Assembly (NCBI RefSeq): GCF_963975515.1 | Contig: NZ_CAXBGY010000012.1 | Location: 12,467 to 76,466 of the forward strand | Length of the DNA: 64,000 nt | Source of the DNA: an uncultured Flavobacterium sp. | GTDB lineage: Bacteria > Bacteroidota > Bacteroidia > Flavobacteriales > Flavobacteriaceae | Direction of reading: 5' to 3' | In this document: positions 29,545 through 41,500 of the stretch, in pieces | Layout of the letters: each line of letters opens with the position of its first letter | Numbering within the stretch: position 1 is the stretch's first letter | Made by a program: the position numbers and the translations under genes | Notes under the pieces: generated by a model | What the model was told of the DNA's origin: nothing | Databases searched by the model: none | The model's input: the letters and a program-made list of their open reading frames with translations, nothing else

Positions 29545-32500
29545 ATGAGAAAAATTACCCTATCTCAAAAATTTGTTGCTATTCTAATTTTAACATTAGG
29601 AACAATTACGTCATCAGCACAAATTAAAAACCCTTTTGATGTTCGATTTCAAACAACTGTAAGAGGAGATTTAACCATGATCTCTAACAATATTGTTAAT
29701 AGAAGTCCAAACCCAAATACGGCCTATAATACAACTGGAGGTTCATCTATCTATAATGATGAAACTAATATGCAGTTTATTGATATTGATGGTTCAACTC
29801 AAACATTTAATTCGAGTAGTGCTAATTTGACAGTTCCAGATGCAACATGTTCAAAGATCGTTCATGCTGGATTGTATTGGTCAGCAACTTATAGATATAA
29901 TATAGGTAACGACCCTTCTAGTGGACGTGCAACAGATTGGAATCAAGTAAAATTTAGAGTACCTGGTGGTGCTTATGTAAATGTGATTGCTGATGAAGTT
30001 TTATATGATGGTTTTGCTGATCCTATTCAAACAAATGTTACGCATGGTCCTTATGGTTGTTTTGCAGATGTTACTGCCTTAGTGTCTGGATTAGCCAATC
30101 CAAATGGAACCTATTTCGTCGGAAATATTAGAGTTAGTACAAATGGTAATAGTAGCGGTTCATTTTCAATACAAGGTGGAGTAGCTGGTGGATGGACTTT
30201 AGTAATCGTATACGAAAACATTAATTTACCCGGTAAAAAAATTACAACTTTTGATGGATATGCTGTTGTGGCTTCAAATGCTGGAAATTTAGATATTCCT
30301 GTTTCTGGATTTTCGACATTGCCTGCTCCATTTCCAGTAAGAGCAAAACTTGGAATTTCTACTTTAGAAGGAGATAATAGAGTTATAGGTGATCAATTAA
30401 GAATTAAAGCAAATTCAATAGCTGGTTTTACAAACCTAACAAATACACCTTTACCTGCCGCAGCAGTAACAAATAATTATTTTAATTCTTCAATTACCTT
30501 AAATGGCGCCTTTTTTAATGCCAGAAATCCAAATAGTTTAAACACCCTAGGTTGGGATGCTCACTTAAATAGAGTTAATAATCCTGGAAATAGCGTAATC
30601 CCTAATAATGAGACTGGTGTAACCTTAAGGGCGGTTTCAAGTGGTGATAAATATGATGTGTTTTTTACTTCTTTTGATGTTGAAATTATTGAACCTCAAA
30701 TTCCTTTATTAAAACAAGTTGAAGATATATCTGGTAATAATGTAAACGGTCAAACCTTAACCTTAGGACAAGAAATTTTTTATACCTTAACTTTTCAGAA
30801 TACTGGAAATGATAATGCGCTGAATTTTACCCTTACTGATATATTGCCAACAAACGCAATATTTCCAGCAAATGGAACTATTCAGCCTGGAGATTTAATT
30901 TTACCACCGGGAGTTACTTATGTTTTTAACCCAACAACAAATCAATTTACATTTTCTATACCAAATAATTTAGTTGAAATAGGAGATCCAGCTTATACAA
31001 TAAAAATTAAGGTTAAGTTACCTTTAAATTGTGAAGATTTTAGAGATGCTTGTACTAATCAAATAATTAACCAAGCCTATGTTTCTTATAATGGAGAATT
31101 AAATACTCAAGTTATTACAGATAACCCTAGTTTCAATGGATATGACAATTGTAATTATCCAACTCCAGGAACAACAAATTTTATAGCAAATATTGATGAT
31201 TGTATTTTTACAAGAACAGAAATTTTATGTGGTAACACTTTAGAATTAACAGGAGCTGATGGTTACGACACTTATTTGTGGCAAGATTCATCGGGAAATA
31301 CAATTGGAAATACACAAACAATAACTGTAAATGCTACAGGAACCTATACTGTGTTTTTATCTATTCCACCACCTTGTGTTTCAATATATGAGACAGTAAA
31401 TGTTGTAGATTTTAACAATGCCATAAGTTCAAACCCAGCAATTCCTTATGCAAATGTTGTAGAAACATGTCCTAATGATGGTTCACAGTTACCAAAAATA
31501 TTTTTATGTGGGTTAAATGATAGTGTCTTAATTCAATCCGGAGTAAATAATGCTATTAGTATACAATGGCAACAACTAGTTCCTGGAAGTTGTGCTCCAG
31601 TTGGAATTAGTAACTGTGCCAATACTAATAATAGTTGTACATGGAATACGGTTGGAACAGGTCCAAATTTTAATGTAACAACAGCTGGTGAATATCAGGT
31701 TATTTTTAACTATCAAAATGGTTGTTTTAGAAAATTCTATTTTAATGTTTTTCAAAACACATTAAATCCTGATATAGTAACGTCAAATATTATTTGTACA
31801 ACACCTGGTTCAATTACAATAAACAATATTCCTTCTACTTACGAATTTAGTTTATCTCCTACTGGTCCGTTTTCATCAAACAATGTAATTCCGATAACTA
31901 CTGCAGGAAATTATACTGTATACATTCAACAAACAGGAGTAACAGGAGGATGTCTTTTTGAGTTTCCAAATATTAATATCTTAAATCAAATTTTAGATGT
32001 TGATGTGATTGTTACAGATAAACTTTGTAATGATGGTTTTGGAAGTATTAGGGTACAAACGAATGGAGTAGAACCACAATATTATTTTCAGATATCTCAA
32101 GGAGCAACAATAATATCAACATTTGGTCCTTCAACAGATAATGATCATTTATTTTCTAATTTAAATCCTGGAACTTATACCGTAACAGCAACAACAGACG
32201 ATGGTTGTACATATACTGAACAAGTTACTATACAAGATTTATCAGATTTAGCCGTAAGTGCAGCAGTAACACAAAATATTAGTTGTGTAAATGGTCAAGT
32301 AACTTTAACACCATCTGGTGGTTTAGCTCCATACAATTATGCTGTTTATAGTTACAATGGAGTTCCAGTAGTATCAGGAAACTATGCTTATCAAACCTAC
32401 GAAATATTTGAGTATAATATAACTCAAATTGGAACTTATCAATATATAATTGTTGATAGTAATAATTGTACTTCGTTATCAAATATAGTAACAGTAGCAG

Positions 32501-35500
32501 CTGAACCAACAGTAACAATTACCGAAACTCATACAAACGTAACATGTAATGGGTTGAATAATGGTACAGCTACTATTTCCGCTTTACCTACAAATGGATA
32601 TGCCATAACTTATAGTATTGATGGAGGAATTAATTATCAAAATTCAAATGTTTTTACTGGATTAGCTCCTGGAACTTATACAATTGATATAAAATACACT
32701 AAACCAACACACGAATGTGATTATACAATTAACGTTACAATTACACAACCTACTCCTATAACGGGTCAATCACAAGTAACCCAACAATTAACATGTGTAG
32801 CAACAGGAACTATTCAAGCCTTTAATGTAACTGGTGGAACAGCTCCTTATCAATACAGTATTAATGGTATCACTTTTCAAAATGGTGCTTCTTTTCCTAA
32901 TCTTTCTGCAGGAACTTACGTAATTACTATTAGAGATTTTAATAACTGTACTACAACTACAACTCCAATAACTTTAGTTCAACCTCTTGCTGCAACAGAT
33001 TTAACGTTTACAGCTTCAAGTGTAACTTGTCCTACTTTAACAAGTAATGTTACAGCAACTATTGTGGGTGGAACTGCTCCTTTTGTAGTTCAAATAACAG
33101 CTCCTTCAACTATTGCTGCAACTTCTATTGCTGGAAACGTTGCTACTTTTAATAACTTAGCGGTAGGTTCATATACATTCAATGTAACAGATGCTAATGG
33201 ATGTATGTATCAAGAAAACTTTACAATTAACCCAATTACTTTTATTAATGTTACTGGAAATTTAGTTTCTAATGTTATTTGTTTCGGTGCTTCTAATGGT
33301 GCTGTTTCTTATAATGTAACTGGTTTTAACACTACTTATTCTTATACCGTAAATAGTGGAACAGCTGTTACTAATCAAACTAGTAATACAATAAATTTAA
33401 ATAGTTTAGCTGCTGGTAATTATGCTATAACAGTTACTGATAACAGTACAAACTGTCAAAGTACTGTAAGTGTAACTGTAGCTCAACCTAGTTCTCCTTT
33501 AGCACTTAATGCAACTACAAACCCAATAACTTGTATTGCTAATGGAACTATAAATGCAGCTGCTTCAGGTGGTTGGGGTTCTTATTCTTATACTTTAACA
33601 CAACCTAATGCTGCAACTGTTGGTCCACAAAGTAGTGGTGTATTCACAAATCAAACACAAACAGGTACTTATACTATTTCGGTTACTGACGGAAATGGAT
33701 GTATAGTAACTAGTACGGCAACTTTAAGCCCTACTGTTAATCCAACACTAACTATAAGTCCTACTTCAACATTATGTTATAATGCAACAACGGGTTCAAC
33801 TGTTATATTAACAGCAGCTAGTGGTGTTGCTCCTTATCAATATAGTTCTGGTGGTGCATTTCAATCAAGTAATACTTTTGCTGGATTAACTCCTGGAAAT
33901 TATACGTTCACAGTTAGAGATAGTTATGGTTGTACGGCAACTGTTACGCAAACTATTACTCCTGCTTTATTAGCACAAACTACCATAACTAAAACATTAG
34001 ATTGTAGTGCTTCACCAAATGCTGTAATTACAGTAAATGTAAATGGTGGAACAACGCCATACCAATACCAAGTTAATTTTAATGGTGGTGGATTCGGTGC
34101 TTTAAATCCAATTGTAGGATCTTCTTTTACTTATTCAACAGCAATTGCAGGTACTTATCAATTCTTAATAACGGGTGCTACTGGTTGTACTTACACTACT
34201 AGTATTATCACTATCAATCCAATTACAAATCCAGATATTACTTCTATTACACCAACACAACAAAATTTATGTAATGGAGATACCAATGGTGCAATACAAG
34301 TAAATATTGACAACACTCAAGGAACTTCTCCTTTTCAATACAGTATCAATGGCGGAACAACTTATCAAAGTTCAAACATATTTACTGGACTTGCTGCCGG
34401 AACCTATACCGTAATTGTAAGAGACTCTAAACTTTGTACAGATACCGAAAGTATTACTCTTGTACAGCCAGCCATACTTGCAGGTCAATCACAAGTAACC
34501 CAACAATTAACATGTGTAGCAACAGGAACTATTCAAGCCTTTAATGTAACTGGTGGAACAGCTCCTTATCAATACAGTATTAATGGTATCACTTTTCAAA
34601 ATGGTGCTTCTTTTCCTAATCTTTCTGCAGGAACTTACGTAATTACTATTAGAGATTTTAATAACTGTACTACAACTACAACTCCAATAACTTTAGTTCA
34701 ACCTCTTGCTGCAACAGATTTAACGTTTACAGCTTCAAGTGTAACTTGTCCTACTTTAACAAGTAATGTTACAGCAACTATTGTGGGTGGAACTGCTCCT
34801 TTTGTAGTTCAAATAACAGCTCCTTCAACTATTGCTGCAACTTCTATTGCTGGAAACGTTGCTACTTTTAATAACTTAGCGGTAGGTTCATATACATTCA
34901 ATGTAACAGATGCTAATGGATGTATGTATCAAGAAAACTTTACAATTAACCCAATTACTTTTATTAATGTTACTGGAAATTTAGTTTCTAATGTTATTTG
35001 TTTCGGTGCTTCTAATGGTGCTGTTTCTTATAATGTAACTGGTTTTAACACTACTTATTCTTATACCGTAAATAGTGGAACAGCTGTTACTAATCAAACT
35101 AGTAATACAATAAATTTAAATAGTTTAGCTGCTGGTAATTATGCTATAACAGTTACTGATAACAGTACAAACTGTCAAAGTACTGTAAGTGTAACTGTAG
35201 CTCAACCTAGTTCTCCTTTAGCACTTAATGCAACTACAAACCCAATAACTTGTATTGCTAATGGAACTATAAATGCAGCTGCTTCAGGTGGTTGGGGTTC
35301 TTATTCTTATACTTTAACACAACCTAATGCTGCAACTGTTGGTCCACAAAGTAGTGGTGTATTCACAAATCAAACACAAACAGGTACTTATACTATTTCG
35401 GTTACTGACGGAAATGGATGTATAGTAACTAGTACGGCAACTTTAAGCCCTACTGTTAATCCAACACTAACTATAAGTCCTACTTCAACATTATGTTATA

Positions 35501-38500
35501 ATGCAACAACGGGTTCAACTGTTATATTAACAGCAGCTAGTGGTGTTGCTCCTTATCAATATAGTTCTGGTGGTGCATTTCAATCAAGTAATACTTTTGC
35601 TGGATTAACTCCTGGAAATTATACGTTCACAGTTAGAGATAGTTATGGTTGTACGGCAACTGTTACGCAAACTATTACTCCTGCTTTATTAGCACAAACT
35701 ACCATAACTAAAACATTAGATTGTAGTGCTTCACCAAATGCTGTAATTACAGTAAATGTAAATGGTGGAACAACGCCATACCAATACCAAGTTAATTTTA
35801 ATGGTGGTGGATTCGGTGCTTTAAATCCAATTGTAGGATCTTCTTTTACTTATTCAACAGCAATTGCAGGTACTTATCAATTCTTAATAACGGGTGCTAC
35901 TGGTTGTACTTACACTACTAGTATTATCACTATCAATCCAATTACAAATCCAGATATTACTTCTATTACACCAACACAACAAAATTTATGTAATGGAGAT
36001 ACCAATGGTGCAATACAAGTAAATATTGACAACACTCAAGGAACTTCTCCTTTTCAATACAGTATCAATGGCGGAACAACTTATCAAAGTTCAAACATAT
36101 TTACTGGACTTGCTGCCGGAACCTATACCGTAATTGTAAGAGACTCTAAACTTTGTACAGATACCGAAAGTATTACTCTTGTACAGCCAGACGCCATAAC
36201 CTTTGATATTTCAATAACAGAAATAACTTGTAATAATCCAGGTGGAACAAGTTATGGTGAAGTAATTTTTGAAAATATAACTGGAGGAACACAACCGTAT
36301 ACTTATTATTTGAGTAGTAATTTTGGCTATGCAGATAGTTATTCAACAACAACAAACGAAGATCATACATTTGTAATATTAAACTTTGGAATATATACTG
36401 CTGAGGTAATAGATTCAAATGGTTGTTCTATTGTAAAAAGTAATATTATTATTGCTTCACCACCAGATGACTTAGATATCGATATTTCTACAGCAACAGC
36501 TGATTGTATAAGTGGTGGAACTGCAATAATAACTGTTTCCTCTTTAGTAAGTAGTGGTTCTTATGAATTTGGAATACTAGAAACTAATACCTTACCTTAT
36601 ACAACATCTTGGCAATTAGCAGATGCTGGTACTCCAGAAACTTCAACTTTTACAGGTTTAACACCTGGAGTAACTTATACATTTGTAGTTCATGATTTAA
36701 TTACACTTTGTTATTATTTTGAAACAGCTAATGGTCCAATTCCAACTCCTTCTAATTTAACAACTGTAATAGATGTTGTTCAAAATGTAACTTGTACAGG
36801 AAGTGGAAATGGAAATATATCATTTACGTTTGACAATTATAATGCTCTAACTACATCTGTAGATTATGAAATATTCAATGCTCAATCAAATTTAACTACT
36901 GGATTGATAGGAAATAGCCTAACACCTGGTGGACCAATAAATGTTCTAAATTTTGGTATATTACCTCCAGGAACCTATTATATATTATTAACAGAAAACG
37001 GAACAGGAAGTGCAAATGGTTGTACTTCTGCAACTCCAAACTTTACAATTACTCAATCTACTAACCAATTAATTGGAACAGCTACTTTAGTTAAAAACGA
37101 TAACTGTAATTTAAATGCTGGAATTGTTACCGCGACTGGTCAGTTTGGAACAGCTCCATATCAATATCAAATTGTGTTAAGTACAGATCCTGCTCCAACG
37201 GTTGGAACTTGGACTGGAACCCCTACAAATACTTTCAATGTTGAAAATGGTTCTTATATTGTTTATGTAAAAGATGCTAATAACTGTATAGCAGCTAGTA
37301 ATATAGTTGTTGTTGGACTTGATCCTTCGCCAGAAATTACTTTAGCAATAGATGATGCCTGTGCAAACGAAGGAAGTTTTGTAATTAATGGTATCAGAAC
37401 TGTGGATGGAATTGCTCCTTATACTATAACAGTGGATGGAAATACTCCTTACACTGAAAATGCAGCCAACTTTACTATTTCAAACTTATTATCAGGTAGT
37501 CATACTGTAACTATTACCGATGCTAATGGTTGTACATATTCACAAACTATCCTTATAGATCAAATTATTAATGGAAATGCAATTGTTACTGTTCAACCTA
37601 GTTGTGCTAATAATGATGGTGAAATTCAAGCTACTGCAACTAACGGAAGTACAAATTATTCTTTTGAGTTACAAACAACAGCTGGTGTTAACGTAGCCGG
37701 TCCAAACACAACTGGTTTATTTACTGGATTAGGTTTTGGAAACTATAATGTAATTATTTCTGATGCTACTTTAGGATGTGATATTACTATTCCTTTATCT
37801 TTAGAACAACCTGCTCCTGTTTCATTCACTACAACACATGAAAATGTAAGCTGTAATGGAGCGACTGATGGAAGTATTTCTATTGCTTTAGACGCAACAA
37901 ATATTGATACTCCTTATACGTATTCATTATTTGATGGTACAACAACTGTAACTCAAAATAGTCCGATTTTTACAGGTTTAGCTGCTGGAAACTATACCGT
38001 AACCGTAACTTCTTCTAAAAACTGTACTGATTCTCAAATTATAAATGTTACCCAGCCAAATCCTTTAGCTTTAGCTCTAACAGGTGGCGATTTTGCTTGT
38101 AATAGTAATAACACAGTAAGTGTTGTTACAGTAACAGCAAACGTAGCTTTAGGAACAGGAACTGCTCCTTATTTGTATAGTATAGATGGTACAAATTATC
38201 AAACAACTAATACTTTTGATATAGTAGATAATGGAACTATTCAAAATATAACCATAACAGTTCAAGATTTTAATGGTTGTACAATTAATGAATCTATAAC
38301 TATTAACCCTTTACCAACTATTACTAATGTTGCTGTTACTCAGAATACAGCTTTAACGTGTGCAAATAATGAAGAAGTTTTAATAACTGTAACTGGTGGT
38401 TCAGGAAACTATACTTATCAATTGTTACCAAATGGAGCAATTGTTGGACCTACTTCAAGTAATACAGCTACCTTCTCTCTTACTACTGCAGGAACATATA

Positions 38501-41500
38501 CTTTTGAAATAATTGATACCGTAACAGGTTGTAGTACTATTACTGTTCCTTACACAATTAATCCTCTACCTGTTTTAACCGTTGTAGCTGATAATACTAA
38601 TGCTGTAAATTGTTATGGTGAAACTAATGGTTCTTTCGATATAACAGTTAGTGGTTATTCAGGAAACTATAACTACAATATTTATGATGAAACAAATACA
38701 ATTGTAGCTTCTGGAAGTAATAATACCACAACAAATCCTTTAACTTTAACTTTAACTAGTTTAGGAGCTGGAAATTATTCGGTTCAAATAATTGCTACAC
38801 AAACTCCTTTCTGTGAAACTATTTCCAATGTAATCACAATTGGATCACCTGTTGGTCCACTTGGTGTAAATGTAACAGCTACAAACGATAACTGTAATTT
38901 AAATGCTGGAATTGTTACCGCGACTGGTCAGTTTGGAACAGCTCCATATCAATATCAAATTGTGTTAAGTACAGATCCTGCTCCAACGGTTGGAACTTGG
39001 ACTGGAACCCCTACAAATACTTTCAATGTTGAAAATGGTTCTTATATTGTTTATGTAAAAGATGCTAATAACTGTATAGCAGCTAGTAATATAGTTGTTG
39101 TTGGACTTGATCCTTCGCCAGAAATTACTTTAGCAATAGATGATGCCTGTGCAAACGAAGGAAGTTTTGTAATTAATGGTATCAGAACTGTGGATGGAAT
39201 TGCTCCTTATACTATAACAGTGGATGGAAATACTCCTTACACTGAAAATGCAGCCAACTTTACTATTTCAAACTTATTATCAGGTAGTCATACTGTAACT
39301 ATTACCGATGCTAATGGTTGTACATATTCACAAACTATCCTTATAGATCAAATTATTAATGGAAATGCAATTGTTACTGTTCAACCTAGTTGTGCTAATA
39401 ATGATGGTGAAATTCAAGCTACTGCAACTAACGGAAGTACAAATTATTCTTTTGAGTTACAAACAACAGCTGGTGTTAACGTAGCCGGTCCAAACACAAC
39501 TGGTTTATTTACTGGATTAGGTTTTGGAAACTATAATGTAATTATTTCTGATGCTACTTTAGGATGTGATATTACTATTCCTTTATCTTTAGAACAACCT
39601 GCTCCTGTTTCATTCACTACAACACATGAAAATGTAAGCTGTAATGGAGCGACTGATGGAAGTATTTCTATTGCTTTAGACGCAACAAATATTGATACTC
39701 CTTATACGTATTCATTATTTGATGGTACAACAACTGTAACTCAAAATAGTCCGATTTTTACAGGTTTAGCTGCTGGAAACTATACCGTAACCGTAACTTC
39801 TTCTAAAAACTGTACTGATTCTCAAATTATAAATGTTACCCAGCCAAATCCTTTAGCTTTAGCTCTAACAGGTGGCGATTTTGCTTGTAATAGTAATAAC
39901 ACAGTAAGTGTTGTTACAGTAACAGCAAACGTAGCTTTAGGAACAGGAACTGCTCCTTATTTGTATAGTATAGATGGTACAAATTATCAAACAACTAATA
40001 CTTTTGATATAGTAGATAATGGAACTATTCAAAATATAACCATAACAGTTCAAGATTTTAATGGTTGTACAATTAATGAATCTATAACTATTAACCCTTT
40101 ACCAACTATTACTAATGTTGCTGTTACTCAGAATACAGCTTTAACGTGTGCAAATAATGAAGAAGTTTTAATAACTGTAACTGGTGGTTCAGGAAACTAT
40201 ACTTATCAATTGTTACCAAATGGAGCAATTGTTGGACCTACTTCAAGTAATACAGCTACCTTCTCTCTTACTACTGCAGGAACATATACTTTTGAAATAA
40301 TTGATACCGTAACAGGTTGTAGTACTATTACTGTTCCTTACACAATTAATCCTCTACCTGTTTTAACCGTTGTAGCTGATAATACTAATGCTGTAAATTG
40401 TTATGGTGAAACTAATGGTTCTTTCGATATAACAGTTAGTGGTTATTCAGGAAACTATAACTACAATATTTATGATGAAACAAATACAATTGTAGCTTCT
40501 GGAAGTAATAATACCACAACAAATCCTTTAACTTTAACGGGTCTTGGTGCTGGAAACTATTCTGTACAAATAATTGCTACACAAACTCCTTTCTGTGAAA
40601 CTATTTCCAATGTAATTAATATATATTCTCCGCCAAACCCATTAACATTGGTTGTTCAACAAACTTCTGATGTGACTTGTAATATTCCTGGTTTAGGAAC
40701 AATAACTGCACAAGCAAATGGTGGAAACGGAACATATGAATATCAATTAGTAAATACAACTACTAGTACAACTATACAAGCATTTGGAGCCAATAATACA
40801 TTTACTGGTTTAGATGCAGGTACTTATGAAGTTACAGTTAGAGATATTAATTTATGTGAAGTTTCTCAGACTATAATCCTTATTGCACCAACAGCAATTA
40901 ATGCTACTTATGTTGTTACAAATGCTAATTTATTATGTTATAATAATACAAATGCAAGTGTTACAATAACAGCAACAGGAGGTCAAGGAAGTTACCAATA
41001 CACATTGACTGAATCTGATGGTGATATTTATGGACCTCAGATTGAAAATGTGTTTAGTGGTTTAGGCGCAGGCACTTATACTATAAGTATTAATGATGGA
41101 TGGAATTGTGATTTTACTGCATTGCCATTTACAATTACACAACCAACAAAAATTGAGGCGACTTTAAGTGTTCAAAGTACATTAACTTGTGATAACGATG
41201 CTGAATTAATCATTAATGCATCAGGTGGAACACCACCTTATATGTATAGTGCAGATGGAATAACCTTTAATTCAACAAATACATTCTTTGTTGGTCCTGG
41301 AACATATCAATATTATGTTACTGATGCAAACGGTTGTACTGCAACACAGACAAATGAAGTGACAATTTCTCCAATCCCATCATTAACTGTAACTATTAAT
41401 GCTTCAAATACTGCTATTCAATGTAACGGAGATATGAATGCTTCTATTACTGTAAATGCAACGGGCGGATTAGGAAATTATAATTATACTTTATTAAATA

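Noticed and set aside
32764-40538. sprB duplications as IS elements, a prophage or a CRISPR array
   Set aside because: They are in-frame coding modules with no terminal inverted repeats, transposase or repeat-spacer pattern
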